Positions 17,271 to 25,494 of a stretch of DNA of 27,488 nt are shown piece after piece. Location of the stretch: the IMG/VR virus record IMGVR_UViG_3300008267_000274, positions 1 through 27,488 of that record, one strand, 5' to 3'. The translations under genes and the position numbers were made by a program. The DNA comes from a virus. Lineage: Duplodnaviria > Caudoviricetes. The notes under the pieces were generated by a model. The model worked only from the letters and a program-made list of their open reading frames with translations, did not search any database and was not told the DNA's origin. Positions within the stretch are counted from its first letter, which is position 1, and each line of letters opens with the position of its first letter.

Positions 17271-17891
17271 TCATATAAATATTTCTTTTTGATAACCAGT
17301 GAAAAATTGAGAAGCTATTCCCATGTTATTACAACAAGCATCTCCTCTATTTTTATACAAGAATGCAATGTATTCCATAATAGCCTGTTTATAATCAAAA
17401 GGAATATTAGCTTCCGATGTGCCAAAGCCCGATGTAAAGTTTATAACAACTGCATTAGCTCTATTGTCTATTTCGTCTGGATATTCTTTTGTTTCATATA
17501 AAAATATTTCAGAATAATGATTGCTTTCTGTGAAATAATAATTAGAAGAAGCAAATGTTGTTAAAACTCCATTCAAATAATATTGAATCGATACAATTGA
17601 TTGTAATTTGCTTCTTTTAATTTTTATTGGTTCGTAATTACCAAAATGGTTGTAATAAAGAGGGAAATTGTCAAGAAATGTTTTATATTCCTTTGTTATT
17701 AAATCTATGCCAGTAATGCCTTCAAATCGTTGTGTAGCGGTTTTTATTAAATTTGTGATGTGAGCATCTTCTTGATTAAAAGTTATGCGTAAATGAGCCT
17801 TAACATCAGATAAAGATATTGCTAGTGCTAATTGTGAAAAATTAGACACTAGAATATTTGATATTGGTTGTTTAAAGCAAAAAGTATTCAT
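17271..17891 (-). CDS. Head-tail connector (HK97 gp6-like, long form)
   Basis: ISLSDVKAHLRI, EDAHITNLIKTA, VVINFTSGFG and IPFDYKQAIMEYIAFLYKNRGD. Confidence 0.9.
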   Translation of the reverse strand: MNTFCFKQPISNILVSNFSQLALAISLSDVKAHLRITFNQEDAHITNLIKTATQRFEGITGIDLITKEYKTFLDNFPLYYNHFGNYEPIKIKRSKLQSIVSIQYYLNGVLTTFASSNYYFTESNHYSEIFLYETKEYPDEIDNRANAVVINFTSGFGTSEANIPFDYKQAIMEYIAFLYKNRGDACCNNMGIASQFFTGYQKEIFI

Positions 17892-18202
17892 TATTTATTT
17901 TTTCTATTTTTTCTAGTATTTTTTGTTTCAACTTCTAGTTTATCTTCAGGAGTTTCGATTTCCAAATTATCCTCAGGAGTTTCAACTTCAATTACTGGAA
18001 TTTCAACTTCTAGTTTATCTTCAGGAGTTTCGATTTTATTTTCTTTTTCAATTAAAATATCTTTTAAAGAAGTGCATTGAAAGCAAAAATTAAATTTATC
18101 TTCAGATTCATAAATTTTAATTAGTTCTTTTTTTGTATATTCTCCTTTTTTAAGAACAATTCCGTTTTCATTAAAATCTTTAGTTAATTCAAATAGTATC
18201 AT
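17891..18202 (-). CDS. Small post-capsid protein with acidic ETPEDxLE repeats and basic tail
   Basis: ORF coupled to the gp6-like gene (TAATG), with a low-complexity C-terminal half. Confidence 0.7.
   Translation of the reverse strand: MILFELTKDFNENGIVLKKGEYTKKELIKIYESEDKFNFCFQCTSLKDILIEKENKIETPEDKLEVEIPVIEVETPEDNLEIETPEDKLEVETKNTRKNRKNK
17926..18036. repeat. 36-nt perfect direct repeat with a degenerate copy between
   Basis: tttcaacttctagtttatcttcaggagtttcgattt at 17926-17961 and 18001-18036, encoding IETPEDKLEVE. Confidence 0.9.
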
Positions 18203-18220
18203 AAAAATTATTTTTAATTG

Positions 18221-18249
18221 TCCCCCTTTGTTTTTTAAGCAAAGGGGGA
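18221..18249. terminator. GC-rich intergenic hairpin after capsid/decoration genes (terminator-like or stabilising)
   Basis: 10-bp perfect stem tccccctttg/caaaggggga with 9-nt loop, 6 nt past the stop. No clear U-tract on the minus strand. Confidence 0.6.
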
Positions 18250-18255
18250 TTATAA

Positions 18256-18702
18256 TTAAGATTGGATTTGTGGTTTATCCAAATATTCCAAAATAACTTC
18301 TGATTTAAAAGTTAAATCGGTGCTAACTGCTCCAGTTAAAAAATTCACTCTAAAATATTTTTGATTATTTAAAGCTAGGTTTTTAAGTGAGATACACTTA
18401 GTTCCAACAGCACCTAAACTTGTTTGGTCTATTGCTGAAACGGATGATATTCTATCGTTTTTATTTAAATAATCATCACTTGTGAAAGTAGATGGATTTA
18501 CTGCAAAAGATGAATCATCAGCAAATTGCACATTTTTAATTTTTACAGAGCCAGAAGTCCAAGTTGTCACATCTAAGAAAACCTTTAATTCTTTTACCCC
18601 TTCAATTATAATTGCAGAACCAGCAATAGTAGCATCTTCCGCTGTGCTAGCGGTAGAAACTACTCCTACTTTTTTTATAATTCCTGTTAAATTTTCAGAC
18701 AT
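18256..18702 (-). CDS. Putative head decoration/cement protein
   Basis: 148 aa beta-rich protein right after the capsid gene, with VQFADD and QKYFRV resembling the common ESD...KRYVR pattern. Confidence 0.55.
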   Translation of the reverse strand: MSENLTGIIKKVGVVSTASTAEDATIAGSAIIIEGVKELKVFLDVTTWTSGSVKIKNVQFADDSSFAVNPSTFTSDDYLNKNDRISSVSAIDQTSLGAVGTKCISLKNLALNNQKYFRVNFLTGAVSTDLTFKSEVILEYLDKPQIQS

Positions 18703-18727
18703 ATATATAATAATTTAATTGTTAATA

Positions 18728-20041
18728 TTAAGCTTTTGCATAAAGAGCTTTAATAGCTTGTGATTCCACAATACCTTGGGCTACATATCCAATTTTACCA
18801 GCTTTAGTCGCTCCGTCAAGTAAAGTTCCGACATTAGAATCGTAACCAATTATTCCGATTGTTGACGGGATTACTTTGTAAGCAAATTTTAAATCACCGA
18901 CAAAAGCAAGTAGTTTACCAGCGTTGCCGGATAAGCTTGCAGTAACGGCGGTATAATCGCTTGTAATATCAGTTGTTCCGTCATTTAAAGATTTATAATT
19001 TCCAATTTGAGCGTGTTCAAATGTTCTTACTGGAATAAGACCTTCTGGCGTAACAAAAGCTTGTATGTTGTTTGAATAAAAAAATTGCTCAAGAGGCAAA
19101 TGACCATCAGAAGCTTCAACAGAAAATGCGGCATTTATAAGTTGTCTGCTAACATAAATAACAGAATTGCCTATAAATTCTTTTTTTAAAGTTGATAAGA
19201 AGTTTCTTAAATCTTTTCTAATAGTTGCATCTGCTGGTGCATATTGAGTAGTGGTTGCAGTTTTACCTACGAGACTATTGTTAGCAGCCGCAATTACATC
19301 TTGGAAAACATCTTTAATGATTTTCTTGTCAAATTTACGGTTTAATCCAGCAATGTTTCTATCGAGAACGTTAACTTGATTTCCACCTTGCATAACATTA
19401 AGAATTACATCAGTAGAAATATTCATTTTTGATTGAACTTTCTTAAGAGCTAATTTAACATTTCTGTAAACAACTTCTTTAGATACCTGAGCGGCTTCTA
19501 ATTCGTTTGCCTCGAAAGCTTCAATTAAAGATTCATCAAAAGTATTCCAAACAAGAGCGCCTTCATTGTCATTTACAGCAGGCATTACATCAACATCTTG
19601 TAAAATAGTTGAAGGAATGTCTTTGTTGACTTCAAAAGAACCCATCACAGTAGCTGGTCTATCAATTGTGTTTGTTGATGTTGAATCACCAAAACGAATT
19701 GCTTTTTTATCCAAAGAGTGAAACTGAATTTGCGATTTGCTATGAATAGCTTGTGCAATAGTTTGAGCTTCTTTTAAGCTTAAAGGAATGTATGATTTTG
19801 AATCAACTTTTTCAGAAGCTGATTTAAAGCCACTATTAATAGCTTCTTCAATTTTTTCGATACTTTTTTTACTGGATTCTTCTGCTTGAGCCAATTTAGC
19901 TTCAAGAGATTTAACTTCAGTTTCGATTTGAGACTTTAGTTCAGTTTTTATTTCTAATGATTTTTTTTCAGAATCATTAAGGGCATCAGCCTTTAATTGA
20001 CCTGCAACATCATCAATTTTTTTTAAAATTTCTAACGACAT
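18728..20041 (-). CDS. Major capsid protein, HK97 fold with N-terminal coiled-coil scaffolding domain
   Basis: About 110-aa Glu/Lys coiled coil ending KKA, then MNISTDVI, EASDGH, AFVGDLKFAY and QAIKAL. Follows the protease. Confidence 0.88.
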   Translation of the reverse strand: MSLEILKKIDDVAGQLKADALNDSEKKSLEIKTELKSQIETEVKSLEAKLAQAEESSKKSIEKIEEAINSGFKSASEKVDSKSYIPLSLKEAQTIAQAIHSKSQIQFHSLDKKAIRFGDSTSTNTIDRPATVMGSFEVNKDIPSTILQDVDVMPAVNDNEGALVWNTFDESLIEAFEANELEAAQVSKEVVYRNVKLALKKVQSKMNISTDVILNVMQGGNQVNVLDRNIAGLNRKFDKKIIKDVFQDVIAAANNSLVGKTATTTQYAPADATIRKDLRNFLSTLKKEFIGNSVIYVSRQLINAAFSVEASDGHLPLEQFFYSNNIQAFVTPEGLIPVRTFEHAQIGNYKSLNDGTTDITSDYTAVTASLSGNAGKLLAFVGDLKFAYKVIPSTIGIIGYDSNVGTLLDGATKAGKIGYVAQGIVESQAIKALYAKA

Positions 20042-20784
20042 AATTTGTTTAATTGATTTAAGATTAAATATTCATCTAAAGATTTAAGAATTGCTTCTTC
20101 GTCAATAGATTCGGTTGTTTTTTCCTCAACATCTCGTTGAGATTCTTTTTCTTCTTGCTCATCATCACGAAGAGTTTTAGAAAATTCTTGTAATTTGCCA
20201 ACAACACTAATAAAGGTTTTGGCTTCTGCTGACGAAAATCCTTTTTGTTTTAAAAGTTTTTCGGCTTCTCTTTTAGTTTTAATTTCTTCAATCATAGATT
20301 TATAACTTTCAATTGTGGCTTCTGGATTCATTGCTAATGTAACAAATGAGTATTCTAAAAGTTTAGCTTCTTCAATAATCCTAACTTCAGTCTGTTCATC
20401 TTCGCTATATTTAATAAGAATAAATCCAATTGACATTTCTTGTAAAGAACCATTTTCTAACAATGGGATAATCTCGTCTCTTACTCTCCAATGGCTTTTT
20501 GGCAATCTACTTTCAACTAAAATACCTTTGGCATCTTCTACAATAGAGATAGCATGACCTAAAAGCCAGTCCATGTTATGCTGTAAAAGCAAAGGAATAT
20601 TTTTTCCGCTATCTGTTCTTTCTTTTATAGACTTTGTAAAAGCACCGGGTAATATTTTATCTTTTCCTAAATCTTCATCATAGGTAGAAATATAAGCTTT
20701 TACATATAAGAACTTATCGGAGTCTTCACCTGTTGAAGCCTCAACTTTAGCCGAAAATTGTTTAATTATTTTTTTTTCTTCCAT
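20032..20784 (-). CDS. Prohead protease, HK97 family
   Basis: DKILPGAF, LLQH (catalytic His), EMSIGF (catalytic Ser) and EYSFVTLAMNPEA. ATG 20784 preferred over TTG 20817, which overlaps the predicted -10. Confidence 0.93.
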   Translation of the reverse strand: MEEKKIIKQFSAKVEASTGEDSDKFLYVKAYISTYDEDLGKDKILPGAFTKSIKERTDSGKNIPLLLQHNMDWLLGHAISIVEDAKGILVESRLPKSHWRVRDEIIPLLENGSLQEMSIGFILIKYSEDEQTEVRIIEEAKLLEYSFVTLAMNPEATIESYKSMIEEIKTKREAEKLLKQKGFSSAEAKTFISVVGKLQEFSKTLRDDEQEEKESQRDVEEKTTESIDEEAILKSLDEYLILNQLNKLCR

Positions 20785-20816
20785 ATATTGAAAAATTATT
20801 AAAAAAAGTTCTTGCA

Positions 20817-20844
20817 ACGGTATTTATTTTTGCTAATTTGTCAA
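20817..20844 (-). promoter_or_regulatory. Sigma70-like promoter for the head operon, TTGACA-N16-TACCGT
   Basis: Minus strand reads TTGACA AATTAGCAAAAATAAA TACCGT, the same geometry as 13466-13493. Confidence 0.55.
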
Positions 20845-20855
20845 ATAATTAACCA

Positions 20856-20878
20856 CTAAAAGTCTTATTTATGGATAT
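20856..20878 (+). repeat. 23-nt element CTAAAAGTCTTATTTATGGATAT, copy 2, spanning the start of the methyltransferase cassette
   Basis: Identical to 13505-13527, 7351 nt away. Confidence 0.93.
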
Positions 20879-21191
20879 AGAAAAAAACGAAAAAATAAAT
20901 AAAAAACTAGGTAAACCAGTTGGCTCTCAAATTGGAGAAGTTGGTTTATTTTTACAAGATGTTAAAAAAAATGCTTCTGTTTTGGTTGATTTAAAAGAAG
21001 TTGAAAATGACTCATACGATAAGGTGTTTTCTTATCTTGCAATGAAAAATTGTAAACATAACTGGTATAGCTGTGGAATACCACAAAAATACAAAGTTAT
21101 TAATAGGCTTTTAAAACTTTTGAAGGAAAATCATAAAAAAGCCCAACTTTTACAAAAACAAGTTAATATATTATTAAATGAAAAAGATTAA
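20871..21191 (+). CDS. Hypothetical protein, first gene of the methyltransferase cassette
   Basis: 106-aa basic ORF filling the gap and overlapping the C5 methyltransferase start. Confidence 0.75.
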   Translation: MDIEKNEKINKKLGKPVGSQIGEVGLFLQDVKKNASVLVDLKEVENDSYDKVFSYLAMKNCKHNWYSCGIPQKYKVINRLLKLLKENHKKAQLLQKQVNILLNEKD

Positions 21192-22305
21192 AGTTTTATC
21201 ATTATTTGACGGAATTTCAGGAGCAAGACAAGCTTTAAAGAATTTAAACATAGATTGCGACTATTATGCGAGTGAAATAGATAAATTTGCAATCCAAGTC
21301 TCTAAAAATAATCACCCTGATATTATTCAGATAGGTAATGTAAAGGGTATTCAGATAGAAGATGATTATATTTTTTATAATCAAGACAACGAGCCAATGC
21401 AAAATGGAGGTAGCTTTAAAGGCAATATTGATTTGTTAATTGGGGGAAGTCCTTGCACCGATTTATCAATATCAAAAAGAAACAGGCAAAGTTTAAATGG
21501 TTCACAAAGTAGTTTATTTTTTGAGTATGTAAGAATTTTAAAAGAAGTTAAACCAAAATTTTTTATCCTTGAAAATGTCGCTTCAATGTCTAACGATGCA
21601 AAGAATGAGATAACTAAAAATTTATTCGGGATAGAGCCTATCTTAATCAATAGTTCTTTACTTACAGCTCAGCATCGCAAGCGTATTTATTGGGTTGGTC
21701 GTTTAGGATTAGACGGCAATTATACAAAAGTTGAAATATCGCAACCAGAAGATAAGGGAATTTTATTAAAAGATATTTTAGAAAGTGGCGATACAGAAAA
21801 ATTAAAATCATATTGCATAACAGCAACATATTCCAGAGCTTGCCCTAAGGATTATTTTGAACATGGCCAAAGACAACTTGTGTTCAAAAAGCCAGTTAGG
21901 GTTGGTCATTATAATAAGGGCGGTCAAGGCGATAGAATTTATAGCTCAGATGGTAAATCAGTTTGCCTTAGTGCTAATGGTGGTGGAAGGGGAGCTAAAA
22001 CTGGTTTATATGAAATTAAAGGTTGTGCGATTAGAGGAAGATATAAAAACAACAGCAATGAAACTGAGCAAACATTAGAGATTAGAGAAGACGAGAAAAC
22101 TAATTGTCTTACTAGTGTTTCAAAGGATAGTTTAGTTCAAATAAAAGACATGGTTAGAAAATTAACACCGACAGAGTGTGCTAGACTTCAAGGATACCCT
22201 GATTTCTATCACAATGGAATTTCAAATTCTCAAGCCTATAAATGCTATGGAAATTCTTTTACAGTTCCAATTATAGAGCATTTATTAAAACATATTTTCA
22301 ATTAA
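21178..22305 (+). CDS. DNA (cytosine-5) methyltransferase
   Basis: Motif I LSLFDGISG, catalytic GGSPC, LENV, AQHRKRIYW, RKLTPTECARLQGYPD and YGNS. Confidence 0.96.
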   Translation: MKKIKVLSLFDGISGARQALKNLNIDCDYYASEIDKFAIQVSKNNHPDIIQIGNVKGIQIEDDYIFYNQDNEPMQNGGSFKGNIDLLIGGSPCTDLSISKRNRQSLNGSQSSLFFEYVRILKEVKPKFFILENVASMSNDAKNEITKNLFGIEPILINSSLLTAQHRKRIYWVGRLGLDGNYTKVEISQPEDKGILLKDILESGDTEKLKSYCITATYSRACPKDYFEHGQRQLVFKKPVRVGHYNKGGQGDRIYSSDGKSVCLSANGGGRGAKTGLYEIKGCAIRGRYKNNSNETEQTLEIREDEKTNCLTSVSKDSLVQIKDMVRKLTPTECARLQGYPDFYHNGISNSQAYKCYGNSFTVPIIEHLLKHIFN

Positions 22306-22788
22306 ATGCCAAAAGACATAACTTTTCATTACACAAACCCAGAAATGGCAAAATATTTGCTAGATATAGCAAAAATTGATTCTAATGCTTCAGTTTTAGA
22401 TGCGGGTAGTGGAAAGAATAAAATTTGGTATAATTTACTGCCTAATAAAGAAAAATATGAATGTGAAATAGAGGACGGGGTTGATTTTATTAAAGATTGG
22501 GATAAAAAAGTAGATTGGTGCATTGGCAATCCCCCTTATCATATATCTTGGAAATTTACTGAAAAAGCTCTAGAAATAACTAACCTTGGGATTGCTTGGT
22601 TAGTAAATAATCAAGCATTAAATTCGCATTTTACTCCAAGAAGAATTAAATTAATGCAGGAAAAAGGTTTCTATTTGCAAAAGATTGAAGTCGTAGCTGA
22701 CAAAAGGTGGTTTGGAAGATATTATTTCTTAATCTGGACAAAAGAAAAAAATAACTTCCTAGATGCTAATGCTAAAACTTTTCTTTAA
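22306..22788 (+). CDS. Small amino (N6-adenine/N4-cytosine) DNA methyltransferase
   Basis: HYTNP (motif X), VLDAGSG (motif I), CEI, DF and IGNPPY (motif IV) in gamma-type order, in only 160 aa. Confidence 0.85.
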   Translation: MPKDITFHYTNPEMAKYLLDIAKIDSNASVLDAGSGKNKIWYNLLPNKEKYECEIEDGVDFIKDWDKKVDWCIGNPPYHISWKFTEKALEITNLGIAWLVNNQALNSHFTPRRIKLMQEKGFYLQKIEVVADKRWFGRYYFLIWTKEKNNFLDANAKTFL

Positions 22789-23224
22789 CAAAAGTGGCTT
22801 CATAAGAAATATTTATCTCATCTATAACTATATTTAGTAAGCGATAATTTCCTATTTTTTTATCTATATTAATTAATTTACAATCTTTTGCATATTGAGC
22901 TAGTGTTTCAATCTCTATTTCACAGCAAACAGGCTGTTGTGTTTTAATTTCGGCTAAAAATTTGTCTATAATTAAAATGTTATCTTCTATTTCTTTATGA
23001 TCGCTTATTAAACTATCTTTTATTATTTGATTTACTGAATATTTTCCTGAAAATTTTATAGTTTCTATTTCATGAAAGTAATCGGTATCTAATGTGGTGT
23101 AATATTTTAAACTATTTTCAAAGCACCAAATATCTATGCCATTTATTTTAATTTTTGGAATTAATTTTGGAACAAAAGTTAAAAACTCACGCGTTGTCTT
23201 ATATTGATATTGTTGTTCATTCAT
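22772..23224 (-). CDS. Hypothetical protein downstream of portal
   Basis: 150-aa ORF, co-oriented with portal, no recognised motif. Confidence 0.65.
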   Translation of the reverse strand: MNEQQYQYKTTREFLTFVPKLIPKIKINGIDIWCFENSLKYYTTLDTDYFHEIETIKFSGKYSVNQIIKDSLISDHKEIEDNILIIDKFLAEIKTQQPVCCEIEIETLAQYAKDCKLINIDKKIGNYRLLNIVIDEINISYEATFVKEKF

Positions 23225-23260
23225 ATAATTTAAATTTAGATTAATATAAAATTTTTTAAT

Positions 23261-24601
23261 TTACTTCTCTCTTTCTCTTAATTCTTTTACTTGGGATAGT
23301 GGAACGCCAATAGAATCACTAGTGTTAGTATCTTCCCCAATAGGAGCTTGATTTCCATCAATATAAACTGCATTAAGTCCAATAATTGCGTTAGAGCCAA
23401 GCTTTTCTCTTAATTCATTCTTGGTAAATGCATTTATATTCGATAATTGATTAACTAACTGAGCATCTCTCATTGCTATAGCTGGTATCTCAGAAGCAAC
23501 ATATTTAATCTCAGATATTTTAGTTTCTGGGTTAAAGTTTTTAATTAAATTAAAATCGTTAAACTCATAATAGCTTTCAAGTATTGGCAAGATGCCATTG
23601 TCATAAAGCATAAGGTTAGCTTCTTTCATATTTGAATTAGAAGTAAATTCACCTTCGACTAATGGAAGTTGTATGTTATAAGCGTTGTAAAAAGCAACCC
23701 TTAACCTTCTAAGTCCAACATTAAACTCTAAATCTTTGGCCATGAATGGATTTTGAAGGTCAACTGAGTTTACATCGAGGTTAGTAATTATTGTTTTTCC
23801 TTGATTTTCTACTCCAGAAAATTCTTTAATAAGAGTATCTTTATATTGATTAATCATTTCTTGGTTGATACCACTATTTATTTTAGTGGTATCAATTTTC
23901 AACATTTTTTTAGCAGAAAGTGAATTTTTAAATGTAGCTTTATTGCTTAAATTTCCTTGTATATATAATTGGAGTTCATCTTGCAATGGTTCTAATCTAC
24001 TTCTACCAAATCCAGTCATTATATCGACATGAGAATCTTCCATTTCTCTATATTGTATTAAATCATAAATATAACCATTTTCTTCATATTGGTATCTAGT
24101 GGTATCTATAAAACCATCTTGAGTTTTAAGTTGTTTTGAATATCTAACGGTCTTAGAGTATTTAGTAGTTTCATAATAATCTATTTCTTCACCCTTAATG
24201 TTTATTGTTATTTTTCTAGGGTTAATATTGGTTATAGCTTTTACTACTTTTTTTTTCTTATCCTTTACATATTTTACTTCAACAAAGTTATTACCAGTAA
24301 CTAAAAAATGCACTAAGGCTTCTTTTCTAAATTGTATGCCGTTTTGTTGAGAATTTGGTCTTCTCGCCCACATATTAAATAAATCATCTTCCGCAGATGC
24401 CTCTTTACCAATATAGCCATAGGGTCTTATGCAAGAGCCTAGGGTTGCCAGCTTATCTATAGCGTCAGCAACAGGAGCAACCTTATTATAATAATCTAAA
24501 AAGTTGGCTGGTGCGTATTTATAGTCAAATGCTATTGCTGTATCTGCAAAACCCCCAAGCATTGTAAATGGTTTACGCCAATTTATATTGAATGATATCA
24601 T
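23261..24601 (-). CDS. Portal protein, HK97 family
   Basis: RPNSQQ, FLVTGNNF, GRSRL, FSGVENQGK, KDLEF, FYNAYNI and TKNELREKLG. Confidence 0.92.
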   Translation of the reverse strand: MISFNINWRKPFTMLGGFADTAIAFDYKYAPANFLDYYNKVAPVADAIDKLATLGSCIRPYGYIGKEASAEDDLFNMWARRPNSQQNGIQFRKEALVHFLVTGNNFVEVKYVKDKKKKVVKAITNINPRKITINIKGEEIDYYETTKYSKTVRYSKQLKTQDGFIDTTRYQYEENGYIYDLIQYREMEDSHVDIMTGFGRSRLEPLQDELQLYIQGNLSNKATFKNSLSAKKMLKIDTTKINSGINQEMINQYKDTLIKEFSGVENQGKTIITNLDVNSVDLQNPFMAKDLEFNVGLRRLRVAFYNAYNIQLPLVEGEFTSNSNMKEANLMLYDNGILPILESYYEFNDFNLIKNFNPETKISEIKYVASEIPAIAMRDAQLVNQLSNINAFTKNELREKLGSNAIIGLNAVYIDGNQAPIGEDTNTSDSIGVPLSQVKELREREK

Positions 24602-24625
24602 AAAATATTGTTTTTTAAAAAAATT

Positions 24626-24653
24626 ATTTTAGAATATAATAATTAAAACTCAA
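24626..24653 (-). promoter_or_regulatory. Possible portal promoter, TTGAGT-N16-TAAAAT
   Basis: In the divergent intergenic gap. The context is very AT-rich, so a chance match is possible. Confidence 0.35.
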
Positions 24654-24660
24654 TAAAAAA

Positions 24661-24864
24661 ATGAAAATAGATAAAAAAAAATATAGAAAGCTTGTAAATG
24701 CCCATAAAAACAGGCTAGAAATATCATTTGATAACTATAATTGGGAAAAATGCACCTTTATTCCTAACTTAAATCTAATGCAAAATCCCGTTATTATTTT
24801 CACTCAAAACAAGTTTATAGAAATAATTGGGGCTAGAAACACCATTTATTTAAGAATAAACTAG
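24661..24864 (+). CDS. Small hypothetical protein
   Basis: 67-aa ORF exactly filling the gap between portal and the next minus-strand gene. Confidence 0.55.
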   Translation: MKIDKKKYRKLVNAHKNRLEISFDNYNWEKCTFIPNLNLMQNPVIIFTQNKFIEIIGARNTIYLRIN

Positions 24865-24865
24865 G

Positions 24866-25093
24866 TTATTTTCTTCTAAACTTGTATTTAACCCACCCAG
24901 TAAGTAAAAAAGCTTTGATATAGATAACGAAGAGCGTTATATCCATAAAAACTGATTTAACATATTGGCTAGTAAAAATAGAATCAAATCCAAAATCCAA
25001 ACAAAATACTAACCCGTCTATTATACCGATTAAAATAAAAGTTGAAAGGATAACGGACATGTATTTTTTACTAATATATTCTTTAAGTTTCAT
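24866..25093 (-). CDS. Small membrane protein with two hydrophobic segments
   Basis: VILSTFILIGIIDGLVFCL and VFMDITLFVIYIKAFLLTGW, with basic termini. Confidence 0.65.
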   Translation of the reverse strand: MKLKEYISKKYMSVILSTFILIGIIDGLVFCLDFGFDSIFTSQYVKSVFMDITLFVIYIKAFLLTGWVKYKFRRK

Positions 25094-25106
25094 AAAGTTT
25101 TAATTT

Positions 25107-25367
25107 TTAATTATAAAGGGAAGACGAAATCTTTTTTCCTTGTGATGAAGTAATTATTTTTTGGATTATATTGTTTAATTCATTCAAAAAAGAATAATAA
25201 TAAGACTCCAATTCTATTAGCGTAAATCTTTTTGTTTCGGTATCGACCGCACCAACATTCACGCCATTAAAATAAATTAAAGTGATATTGGGAGCAATAT
25301 CAACGCCAAATAGCTGGAAATCTCCAACATTCTCTAAAAATACTAAATGTTTAACTGTTTTTTGCAT
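25107..25367 (-). CDS. Hypothetical protein
   Basis: 86-aa ORF co-oriented with its neighbours, no recognised motif. Confidence 0.65.
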   Translation of the reverse strand: MQKTVKHLVFLENVGDFQLFGVDIAPNITLIYFNGVNVGAVDTETKRFTLIELESYYYSFLNELNNIIQKIITSSQGKKISSSLYN

Positions 25368-25494
25368 ATTGTAAAATAATAGTTGCTCTTTAAATAATGT
25401 TAATATATTCTTGTCTAGGTAACTTATCTTTTAAATTAAAGATTTTAAAAATATCTTGCGAATTTAAGAAGACTGTTATGTTATCAAGGTATTT

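Noticed and set aside
17926-18036. CRISPR-like 36-nt repeats
   Set aside because: Only two copies, in frame inside a protein, with a degenerate repeat between them and no cas genes.
24248-24256. 9-nt homopolymer in portal as a phase-variation tract
   Set aside because: Such A/T runs are common here and the frame is intact.
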